In this document: positions 56,040-64,000 of the stretch, in pieces | How positions within the stretch are numbered: position 1 is the first letter of the stretch | Layout of the letters: each line of letters opens with the position of its first letter | IMG/VR virus record: IMGVR_UViG_3300005095_000173 | Coordinates: 12,786 to 76,785 of that record | Length of the DNA: 64,000 nucleotides | DNA from: a virus | Direction: 5' to 3' (one strand) | Position numbers and translations under genes: made by a program | The notes under the pieces: model-generated | The model's database searches: none | Told to the model about the DNA's origin: nothing | What the model saw: the letters and a program-made list of their open reading frames with translations, nothing else

Positions 56040-57481
56040 TATTCCTCCTCGTCAGTTACAGTTTCCATCGCCCCCATTAGTGGAGGTTCATTGGAATGAG
56101 GAGTTGGTGGAAATGCGGTTAACTCATATTTAGCCATTAGCTTATCTTCATCACGGCGTCTTTCTAATTCATTCCTCAAATCAAACCCAAATTTAGAGAC
56201 CACTGATTCTCTTGAAAGTCCACCAGTATCATATAAGAACCGTAGTAATTCAATTAGATCCTTAGTGGATTCAAATGTTATAGGCTCAAAGCGAATATTT
56301 CCAGGTTCGCCTCGAAACCTATTCATATTAATTATATCATATATAATCTTATTTATGGTAAGAAGCAATTCATTGCGAATAGGATCAAGAATTATTTTTG
56401 GAATTTGAGTAGCTGCTAAATCACTTTTAGTATTGCTTCTCAAGCTTTCACCAATAATTGCGGATGGTGGAAATCCCATACCATATAAGATTTCTTGATT
56501 TATTGGGTCGTACTTCTTATCATCAAGAAGAGCGTCAGTTGGGGGATAAACCCATTCAATATTCAAAGTATGATCCGCAAATAACTGAATTACTCTTTCA
56601 AATTCAACAGTGCTCGTACTGCCAGATACACTCTGTGCTCTTAATTGCATTTCAATGTTATCAAATGCGTCCTCATCCTCTTCAGTAAGAGGGAATTTAT
56701 CACTACCAATCTTGACAAGCATTATAGCAGTAATAACTCTTGAAGCCAGCGCATAATCCATTCTTCGCAAGTTACGTTTAAACGCAGCGTGTTCAATTAC
56801 TGGTGTGAGATATGGAACTGGATAGTATGAATTTGGATGAATCTCTTTTCTAATAACCCCATACTTTGGTGTTATATTTATTGAATATTCCCCCTTCTTT
56901 ACTTTCTCAACAATATCTGGATATTCTTTTAGAATTCTTTCATACAATTCTTTATCTTCGGTGCCGTCATCATATTTACCTTCATTGTTTATAAATGCTA
57001 TAAATGTATCAGGTAGCTTAATATAATAACGAGCATCAGAAGAATTCAACCCAGGTTTAATCTCAATTAGATCTGGGTTTCTAAGCCAAATCTTATCTGG
57101 TAGAACCATTGAATTATAGTTTTTTATTCCTAGAAGTCTAAGTTCTTGTTTGTTGTATCTTTTGAAATCTACCTCTGGATACACAAGACCAGATATTAGA
57201 ACTTCTCTAACAGCATTACGTACAAATTCTTTTAGCATTGGAATTACAGCATTCAGTGCTTTCCATTCATTTTTTCTAAGTGTACCCTTTTCAATGATTA
57301 TATCTGTGGCAGACATGTCTGATAATCTATTGATAACAGCAGCAATTAATGGATCTTTTTTATAATAAAAACGGCATGCCTGTATAAGCTGATGATAGTC
57401 CTCAATATCAATATCAAATTTATCTACTTTAGCAAAATTTGATAATGCTGATTTAGCAATCTTTTTTGGTATTCTATTCAT
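56039..57481 (-). CDS. portal protein
   Basis: 480 aa between terminase and protease; CRFYY..DPL; GLSRES. Confidence 0.82.
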   Translation of the reverse strand: MNRIPKKIAKSALSNFAKVDKFDIDIEDYHQLIQACRFYYKKDPLIAAVINRLSDMSATDIIIEKGTLRKNEWKALNAVIPMLKEFVRNAVREVLISGLVYPEVDFKRYNKQELRLLGIKNYNSMVLPDKIWLRNPDLIEIKPGLNSSDARYYIKLPDTFIAFINNEGKYDDGTEDKELYERILKEYPDIVEKVKKGEYSINITPKYGVIRKEIHPNSYYPVPYLTPVIEHAAFKRNLRRMDYALASRVITAIMLVKIGSDKFPLTEEDEDAFDNIEMQLRAQSVSGSTSTVEFERVIQLFADHTLNIEWVYPPTDALLDDKKYDPINQEILYGMGFPPSAIIGESLRSNTKSDLAATQIPKIILDPIRNELLLTINKIIYDIINMNRFRGEPGNIRFEPITFESTKDLIELLRFLYDTGGLSRESVVSKFGFDLRNELERRRDEDKLMAKYELTAFPPTPHSNEPPLMGAMETVTDEEE

Positions 57482-57489
57482 ATCTACTC

Positions 57490-59052
57490 CTATAATATTA
57501 CCAATTTAGTTCTATGGCGTATTAATTTCTTCTTATGAAAATTAGCTAATACATTTCTTGAATATAGACCATAAGCGAAACAAAGTAAAGCCGCTGTAAA
57601 GTGATCTTCACCGCTAACTCTTATTGCCCCTGTAGAACTTATTACCCTAAATACAATGTCTCCGTTTGGTTTTTTCACATAAGTCATTCTTTCAAGTTCT
57701 GATATAGTATCATTATCAGTAGACGAGAATATAAGAACATGATTGTTTACTAGATTTTGTAGCTGTTCCATTGCTGCAATTTTAAGTCTCTGCTTTATTA
57801 CTTTACCATCAATCTCTCCGAGAACAATACTTTCACCAAAAGCAATAGGAATTATTCTATTCTTATAATCTCTGTCACTAAATTCCTCACCCATTTGTAG
57901 GTTTTGAATTACAGATCTGCCTGAGCTACCTTCGTCTATGGCAATAAATATTGGATCATATCTTTTATCAAGATAATAAATTATTTGTTGCTGAATTGGA
58001 TATTGTACTTTTGTTAGCTTTATTTTTACATGAAATCTATACTTACCTTCTTTATCTTCCCATAATACAAATATAGCTGTTGGTTCAGTATAACCTAAGT
58101 CAATACCCATATAAGTTCTAATGGCTTTATCTGGAACTGGTGGAAGAAGATTTAACTTTGATAGATAATCATTTATCTCGGTTCCCATCTTTAATCCATT
58201 TAGAGATATATTATAAACTGGATAGTCTTCTATTTCCATCACTTCACGATCAAACAAAGCATAAGATGGGTTACCGTGTTCACCTAATACAAAGTGAATG
58301 TAATCATCACTATCTTTTCCACCATAAGCTTCAATGTCTCTTTGGTGTTGCTCTTCTGTGTATCTTGGGTTATCAAAAGCATTAAATTTGTGCTTATTGA
58401 AATTTTCGGATTCTACTGTTGCAAAGAACAATACATTCTTTTCGCGTAATCCAGTAGGAACACCAGATACCATCAATTGATAACCAGGCATCCAGTAATT
58501 CAACGTAGGTAGTAATTCAGTCCATGTTCCCCAAGGATATACACCAGCTTCATCAACGATTACACAAGGTGTATGCAAACCAATTACATTGACGCCATTT
58601 CCAGCTGTGCCCGCAATACGACAAAATAGACGTGAGCCCATTTTAGTCTCTAATTGGTGTGAAGAAGAGTTTACTCCTCTACCCTTGTCAATAAAATGCT
58701 GTAAAAATGGATGACGTCTAAATGATGAAACTAAATTATTCCATACAGGTTCAAGATGAACTTTATTTGGAACTGTATAAACAATATATTCTCCAGGATA
58801 TAAATCCCATACTAAAGTCCAAATAATTTTCTTAGTTAACGTAAATGTTTTACCAGAAGCACGAGATGCTTGTATTGCAACCTGATTTCCAAAATCTGTA
58901 ATAATATCAATTTGATATTGATATGGATAACTTCTTTCCTCTACTGGAATATTCTCCTGCTCATAATCTGTTAGTAGCATCCAGAATAAAACTGGATTGC
59001 GTAATACCTCATATAGCTTTAATTCTTCATCAGTTAATTTTGATCTAATCAT
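57490..59052 (-). CDS. terL: terminase large subunit
   Basis: SRASGKT Walker A, IVDEA Walker B, GIDLG and DH nuclease residues. Confidence 0.92.
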   Translation of the reverse strand: MIRSKLTDEELKLYEVLRNPVLFWMLLTDYEQENIPVEERSYPYQYQIDIITDFGNQVAIQASRASGKTFTLTKKIIWTLVWDLYPGEYIVYTVPNKVHLEPVWNNLVSSFRRHPFLQHFIDKGRGVNSSSHQLETKMGSRLFCRIAGTAGNGVNVIGLHTPCVIVDEAGVYPWGTWTELLPTLNYWMPGYQLMVSGVPTGLREKNVLFFATVESENFNKHKFNAFDNPRYTEEQHQRDIEAYGGKDSDDYIHFVLGEHGNPSYALFDREVMEIEDYPVYNISLNGLKMGTEINDYLSKLNLLPPVPDKAIRTYMGIDLGYTEPTAIFVLWEDKEGKYRFHVKIKLTKVQYPIQQQIIYYLDKRYDPIFIAIDEGSSGRSVIQNLQMGEEFSDRDYKNRIIPIAFGESIVLGEIDGKVIKQRLKIAAMEQLQNLVNNHVLIFSSTDNDTISELERMTYVKKPNGDIVFRVISSTGAIRVSGEDHFTAALLCFAYGLYSRNVLANFHKKKLIRHRTKLVIL

Positions 59053-59597
59053 AATCCCTCTGGAACGTTATCTGAAGAATTTCGTTTCTTTTTCTTTGCA
59101 AGAGAAGCTGGGTTATAGAAATGATGCTTGTTGCAATCATGGCACCATAACTGTACTTTGTGCTGTCCTTGTTTATTAGCTATCCACATCGTTCCAAGTA
59201 ATTTATTTGTCTCTGGGCAAAATAGATAAATCATCTCTCTATCATATAATTCTGAAGCTCTTTTCTTCAAATCTTTTATAAATTCAACAACGCTACTTTC
59301 CGTACTACTCTTTCTTGACTTTCTTGAAATTCCAAGTCCGTCTTGTAATTTAAGAATATCTGCTCTAATTGAACTTGCAAGTTTTTGTAATTCACGATGT
59401 TCTGATACTTTACCTTCTTTTATTGCTGAAAATAATTTTAGTTCAACATCTTCTAATTGTACCATAAGAAAAGCTAACTGATTTAACATTTCAAGATCAT
59501 TAGCTTTCATTTCATCAAAATCATAATCTTTCTTCAATGCCCTAATTTTCTCTTTTACTCTCTTTTGTTTTTCTGTTTCTAAATTATATTTTGGCAT
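59049..59597 (-). CDS. terS: terminase small subunit
   Basis: directly upstream of terL; LGISRKSR helix; C-terminal Cys pairs. Confidence 0.6.
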   Translation of the reverse strand: MPKYNLETEKQKRVKEKIRALKKDYDFDEMKANDLEMLNQLAFLMVQLEDVELKLFSAIKEGKVSEHRELQKLASSIRADILKLQDGLGISRKSRKSSTESSVVEFIKDLKKRASELYDREMIYLFCPETNKLLGTMWIANKQGQHKVQLWCHDCNKHHFYNPASLAKKKKRNSSDNVPEGL

Positions 59598-59600
59598 AGA

Positions 59601-59759
59601 TTAATCTTCTTCCTCCTCAACACTCAAAAGAATATCGAGAATGCTTTCTTGTGTATCAACATCTTTATCTTCACACTTAGAATAACCGCAAGCGATGCAA
59701 GTAGAACAATGACTTTCACGAACTAAAGTTTCATTTCCACAAACAGGACAGGTTTCCAT
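59601..59759 (-). CDS. 52-aa Zn-ribbon resembling the NrdJ C-terminal domain (not in ORF track)
   Basis: GGAGAG RBS; METCPVCGNETLVRESHCSTCIACGYSKCEDKD... Confidence 0.7.
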   Translation of the reverse strand: METCPVCGNETLVRESHCSTCIACGYSKCEDKDVDTQESILDILLSVEEEED

Positions 59760-59761
59760 TT

Positions 59762-60196
59762 TCAACTCTCCGCAATTAGTTTAATATGAGCATTTCGTTC
59801 TTCTTCATCGAATGAAATAAGAGTCATTAGAAAAATAATGATAGCTAAAGTATCAATCAAAGTTGTTTCAGTAACAAAATAAGAATTTAAAATCTCATCC
59901 CAATCAGTATAATCAACGCTATAAAATCTAGTATGTCCTGGTCTAATCAAAACAGCGTCAACATAATAATTTGGACGGTGTAAATTATAAACTCTTGTAG
60001 AAACAATAGCATCTGTTTTGAATTTTTTGTCTACTCTTTCAGAAAGAATGTAATCATAAAAATCTAAAAACTGAGCCCGCTCATCTTCGTTTACAAGATC
60101 AAACATATCAAAAATTCTTTCAATAACTTGTTCTTTTCTATCACTAAACCGTACAAATAAATCCTTAACCTTGTTTATCATCCTTAGCCTCCTCAA
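59762..60196 (-). CDS. hypothetical protein
   Basis: coupled ORF. Confidence 0.6.
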   Translation of the reverse strand: MRRLRMINKVKDLFVRFSDRKEQVIERIFDMFDLVNEDERAQFLDFYDYILSERVDKKFKTDAIVSTRVYNLHRPNYYVDAVLIRPGHTRFYSVDYTDWDEILNSYFVTETTLIDTLAIIIFLMTLISFDEEERNAHIKLIAES

Positions 60197-60383
60197 GTAT
60201 CAATTCACCTTTACAAAGTTTCAAGGCTGTGGTATAATCTACATCATAAGACCTAAATGTCTTGACACAGCCCTTGTGTACAAATAAGTTACAATATGGT
60301 CTTTCTATTGGTATCATAAAATAATTATATTTAGTAACAGTATCACCACAAACAGGACAAATCTTTGGAAATTTCAATTTCAA
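60165..60383 (-). CDS. small Zn-binding protein
   Basis: CPVC...HKGC. Confidence 0.55.
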   Translation of the reverse strand: MKLKFPKICPVCGDTVTKYNYFMIPIERPYCNLFVHKGCVKTFRSYDVDYTTALKLCKGELILEEAKDDKQG

Positions 60384-60640
60384 ACTCCAATATTAGAACT
60401 GATTAATTTTCCTACCATGAAGAAATCATATAGTTCTCTTGGTGCTTTCAAACCTTCTGGACTAGAAAGAAACTGTTGTATAATCATAAGGTCTTCTTGC
60501 GTAACTGGAACTAACACTGCTTGATGTTCTGTGATATAATGATTTCTATAATCTGTAAGTGTTGCAAGTCTTTCACCACACTTTTGACAGACAAATTGTT
60601 TTTGTCTTCGTCTTACAAACCGTTGAATTCTTTTTGACAC
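60380..60640 (-). CDS. C2H2 zinc-finger protein
   Basis: FVCQKCGERLATLTDYRNHYITEH; first gene after the minus-strand promoter. Confidence 0.65.
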   Translation of the reverse strand: MSKRIQRFVRRRQKQFVCQKCGERLATLTDYRNHYITEHQAVLVPVTQEDLMIIQQFLSSPEGLKAPRELYDFFMVGKLISSNIGV

Positions 60641-60720
60641 TTTTTACCTCACTTTCGCACAGATTTGCAGGAATTATCCTGTTCTATAATCATTATAGCA
60701 CATTTCAGCAGTTATGTGTT

Positions 60721-60749
60721 ATTATACCACAAAAGACAAATTCTGTCAA
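60721..60749 (-). promoter_or_regulatory. sigma70 promoter for the leftward block
   Basis: TTGACA-17 bp-TATAAT with TGTGG. Confidence 0.85.
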
Positions 60750-60788
60750 GGGTATCAGACAAACCAAGAACGAGTTTCCACAAAAACC

Positions 60789-60817
60789 TTGACAAATTAG
60801 ACAAAGTGTGGTATAAT
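60789..60817 (+). promoter_or_regulatory. sigma70 promoter (divergent)
   Basis: TTGACA-17 bp-TATAAT with TGTGG. Confidence 0.85.
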
Positions 60818-60846
60818 CATTTACGAAGTAAAAAACAAGGGAGCCC

Positions 60847-60929
60847 TTAATTAATTAACTTAATTAAGTACTTAATTAATTAATATTTAATTAACAGAGA
60901 ATAAGTAGTTTTAACTACTTATTCTCTGT
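60847..60929. repeat. TTAATTAA palindrome cluster plus 17-bp inverted repeat
   Basis: six overlapping TTAATTAA copies, then ACAGAGAATAAGTAGTT-TT-AACTACTTATTCTCTGT. Confidence 0.8.
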
Positions 60930-60972
60930 ATAGAACCCAGATTTTTTTTGAAGGCCAACTTCATGAAAATCC

Positions 60973-61001
60973 TTGACAAATCATTCAGTCTGTGGTAGAA
61001 T
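60973..61001 (+). promoter_or_regulatory. sigma70 promoter for the DNA polymerase
   Basis: TTGACA-17 bp-TAGAAT with TGTGG. Confidence 0.82.
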
Positions 61002-61032
61002 ACATCTCAACACTTTACGAAAGGAGATGTTG

Positions 61033-62916
61033 ATGGACTATGTAATAAAAAGTCATAAGGAATTGGGAAGTTTCTTTGAGTCATTAAAGACAACTGATGT
61101 TATTGGTTTTGATATTGAAGCTACTGGATTAGATTTTATTTCAGATAGTATTTTGTCTTTACAAGTATCAACACCAAATGATACATTTGTATTCACAAAT
61201 AAAGAAATGTTTAAATACATTTCTTCTCTTATTTCTGGTAAAGAAATTATTGGCCACAATCTTAAATTTGATATGCGGTTTATTTATTATAAATATGGTG
61301 TATTATTTAACAGAGTATATGATACTATGATTATCAATGCTGTTCTTAATGCTGGAATTAATGGATTTAGTTATTCAAGTCTTAATAATTTACTTGAAAA
61401 ATATTTTGACGTTACTCTTGATAAAGATATTAGAGATAAGTTTATTAACGCAAATGAATTAGATAGCGAAATGATTAAATACGCTTCAGAAGATGTTAAA
61501 TATTTGATACCTTTATATCACGCTATGAATGAAAAATTAGCAGAGAATAAACTTATTAACATTGCTGAGTTAGAAATGAAATTATTACCAGTAGTTGTGG
61601 TAATGGAAACAATCGGTATTAATCTTGATATTGATAGTTGGCTTTCTATTGCGGAAAATAAACAAAAAGCTTATGTCGAAACAGAACAAAAGCTGAAGAA
61701 ATTGTTAGTACCAAGAGCGTTATCTAAAATTAGTTATAATAATCTTTATGATGCACTTACTAAGTTTGGAATAAATATTAAAACAAAAAGAGATACAAAT
61801 TTTTATAAGTCTATTGAACCAACAGATCCACAATTTTTCGAGTTATTATACGCAAATATTAATATGGCAAGTAATAAGCAATTACTTACTATTCTTAGTA
61901 TTCTTGGGTTTGAATTGACATCAACATCTAAAACTGCACTTAATGAATTTGAAACAAAAAATAAACTTACTGATTTTCAAAAAGAAGTTATTGAATTAAT
62001 TAGAGATTTCAGAGAAAATTATAAACGAGCAAATTCTTTTGGTCAAAAATATATTGATAAGTATGTGAAATCTGATGGTAAACTTCATGCAGAGTTTAAC
62101 CAAATGGGAACTGCTACTGGAAGATTTAGCTCTTCAAACCCAAATCTTCAACAAGTACCTCATACACAAGATTACAGAAGTTGTTTTGTTGCTTCTCCAG
62201 GCTATAAAATGATTACAGCAGATTATTCTCAAATGGAATTGAGAATTATGGCAGCAGTTTCAAACGAAACAAAAATGATTGAAGCATATAAAAATGGTGA
62301 AGACCTTCATAAACTTACTGCTTCTATTATTTTTTCAAAACCAGTTGATGAAATTACTAAAGAAGAACGTAATGCTGGTAAAAGAATTAATTTCGCAGTT
62401 ATTTATGGAGCTGGTGCTTATAGAATTGCTAACACGCTTGATATTCCTTTAGATGAGGCCGAAAGAATTTATAACAAGCTTCATGAAGGATATAATAACA
62501 TGTATTCTTTTATTGAGCTTGCTGGAGAAAAGATTTATGAACTAGGATTTTCAAAAACAATTCTTGGAAGAAAACGATTCTTTACTAAACCATTGCTGTA
62601 CCAAGACAACCGAGAACGAAAGAAGATTGAAAGTTCAATCAAACGAGAAGGAGTAAATCATATTATTCAGGGAACTGGTGCTGACATTGTTAAACTTGCA
62701 ATGATAGAAATGTTTTATAATAATCCTTGGGGAACTGATAAATTTAGAATTTTATTACAAGTTCACGATGAAGTTGTTGTTGAGGTGTCTGAAGACATAG
62801 CTAAAGAAGCTAAGGAATATATCGTGAATGTTATGAAAAATGCAGAGTGCAAAGTACTTAACAATAAGGTTCCATGCGAGGTAGACAGTCATTTGGAAGA
62901 TTATTGGGTAAAATAG
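61033..62916 (+). CDS. polA: family A DNA polymerase with 3'-5' exonuclease
   Basis: GFDIEATG, GHNLKFD, YASED exo motifs; TGRFSSSNPNLQ, DYSQMELR, KRINFAVIYG, QVHDE; start reassigned by AAGGAG RBS. Confidence 0.95.
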   Translation: MDYVIKSHKELGSFFESLKTTDVIGFDIEATGLDFISDSILSLQVSTPNDTFVFTNKEMFKYISSLISGKEIIGHNLKFDMRFIYYKYGVLFNRVYDTMIINAVLNAGINGFSYSSLNNLLEKYFDVTLDKDIRDKFINANELDSEMIKYASEDVKYLIPLYHAMNEKLAENKLINIAELEMKLLPVVVVMETIGINLDIDSWLSIAENKQKAYVETEQKLKKLLVPRALSKISYNNLYDALTKFGINIKTKRDTNFYKSIEPTDPQFFELLYANINMASNKQLLTILSILGFELTSTSKTALNEFETKNKLTDFQKEVIELIRDFRENYKRANSFGQKYIDKYVKSDGKLHAEFNQMGTATGRFSSSNPNLQQVPHTQDYRSCFVASPGYKMITADYSQMELRIMAAVSNETKMIEAYKNGEDLHKLTASIIFSKPVDEITKEERNAGKRINFAVIYGAGAYRIANTLDIPLDEAERIYNKLHEGYNNMYSFIELAGEKIYELGFSKTILGRKRFFTKPLLYQDNRERKKIESSIKREGVNHIIQGTGADIVKLAMIEMFYNNPWGTDKFRILLQVHDEVVVEVSEDIAKEAKEYIVNVMKNAECKVLNNKVPCEVDSHLEDYWVK

Positions 62917-62922
62917 GAGGAA

Positions 62923-63927
62923 TTGATGGTAGATATTAGTGACTTTGTTAATAAGCTTGTGAAAGAATATGGAGAAAAAGTAGTAGTAGATTTTAATAAA
63001 AAAGAAGATTTAATTGTAATTCCAACGAGTTCAGTTGGTCTTAATATCGCAACTCGTGTTGGAGGAATTCCACTGAGAACAATATCGGAAATTTATGGTA
63101 GAGAAGGATCAGGAAAGTCAACACTCAGTTTAGATATTATTAAAAACTTTTTAAAAAAGTTTGATGATAGATACGTAATGTATGTTGATGTTGAAAACAT
63201 GATGAGCACAGAGTACGTAAAGAATATTGTTGGTGAAGAATATTTGGATAGATTTATTTTAACCCAACCACTCACGAGCGAAGACGCTCTGACTGTAGCG
63301 GAAAGTGCAATTGATAATGGTAATTTTGGGGTTGTGGTTGTTGATTCAATTGGAGCTTTATCCCCAAAGAAAGAAGTTGAAAGCCCATTAGATAAGGACA
63401 GCTACTCTGGCTCGGCAAAATTAATTGCTAGATTTTTACGTAGAGTAGTACCAAAAATTAATCATAACAATGTAGCATTGGTTTTAATTAACCAAGTCAG
63501 AGATCCTGTTGGCTCGTATGTAAGTGCTCTAACTACTCCTGGTGGGCACTCAATTAAGCATTTCGCGTCATTACGTATTATGTTATCTGATACACAAAAA
63601 ATAAAAAGTGGAAATGATATTATTGGCAATGTTGTTAAATATATTATCAAAAAGAATAAGTTAGGAGAACCATTCCATTCTGGTGAATTTCCACTTATTT
63701 TCGGTAAGGGAATTGATTATTATCAAGATTTGATTCAGACTGCTACTAAACTCGGGGTACTAATTAGAAAGGGCGCATATTATTATTTTGAAGGAGAACA
63801 ACTTGGTCAAGGTATAGAGAATACGATCAATACCCTTATGAGTTCTCCAGAAATCCTTGACAAGATAGAAGAGATGTGTTATAATGTTGGCATACCTACA
63901 CAAAAGGAGGAAGATAGTGGAAACTAA
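62923..63927 (+). CDS. recA: RecA/UvsX recombinase
   Basis: EIYGREGSGKST, VVVDSI, INQVR, TPGG, KKNK. Confidence 0.92.
   Translation: MMVDISDFVNKLVKEYGEKVVVDFNKKEDLIVIPTSSVGLNIATRVGGIPLRTISEIYGREGSGKSTLSLDIIKNFLKKFDDRYVMYVDVENMMSTEYVKNIVGEEYLDRFILTQPLTSEDALTVAESAIDNGNFGVVVVDSIGALSPKKEVESPLDKDSYSGSAKLIARFLRRVVPKINHNNVALVLINQVRDPVGSYVSALTTPGGHSIKHFASLRIMLSDTQKIKSGNDIIGNVVKYIIKKNKLGEPFHSGEFPLIFGKGIDYYQDLIQTATKLGVLIRKGAYYYFEGEQLGQGIENTINTLMSSPEILDKIEEMCYNVGIPTQKEEDSGN
63857..63885 (+). promoter_or_regulatory. sigma70 promoter inside the recA 3' end
   Basis: TTGACA-17 bp-TATAAT with TGTG. Confidence 0.75.
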
Positions 63928-64000
63928 TACCTATGTTGAACGTACGTATAATGTTGGTCAATATCAGTCATTAAAGATCTTTACTTCATTCAATGTAGAT

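Noticed and set aside
60973-61032. N-terminal extension of DNA polymerase given by the ORF track
   Set aside because: The TTG start is the -35 box of the promoter; the RBS points to ATG 61033
5895-63650. Many short antisense or alternate-frame ORFs inside long genes (e.g. 5968-6372, 18612-18965, 43243-43563)
   Set aside because: Shadows of well-supported genes, without RBS or motifs
1-64000. Integrase, repressor, reverse transcriptase/DGR, group I/II introns, tail sheath
   Set aside because: No recognisable motifs in any ORF; polymerase, terminase and capsid genes are uninterrupted

Overview
This window is part of a large, AT-rich tailed dsDNA phage genome, siphovirus-like (major tail protein, tail-assembly-chaperone frameshift, 1917-aa tape measure, no sheath seen). 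It has three transcription blocks. (i) + strand, ~0.6-18.4 kb: early/accessory genes including a SAM methyltransferase, a phiEco32-type amidoligase/GATase/ATP-grasp cluster, a RuvB-like ATPase and a Pnkp-RNA ligase fusion. (ii) - strand, 18.5-60.6 kb: terminase, portal, head and tail genes, three glycosyltransferase-fold genes, a GH25 endolysin, a tRNA locus, primase and dNTP metabolism (NrdJ and ThyX each carry an intein). (iii) + strand from 61 kb: family A DNA polymerase and RecA/UvsX. Nine near-consensus sigma70 promoters (TTGACA-17 bp-TATAAT, mostly with a TGTG extension) are visible. The most striking unexplained structure is in the tRNA locus. A DUF2828/TROVE(Ro60)-like vWA gene is flanked by five ~60-nt non-coding elements, four upstream and one downstream. 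Each has a covarying closing stem, a conserved UUC(A/C)GCAA motif and an inner hairpin; in at least two copies the inner hairpin looks like a tRNA anticodon arm, and the last upstream copy sequesters the gene's own Shine-Dalgarno sequence. Other leads are a possible antitoxin mimic, a split NrdJ whose C-terminal Zn-ribbon may be a separate gene 39 kb away, globular repeats in the tape measure and a possible virion glycosylation set. All family assignments come from motif recognition by eye; no database searches were run.
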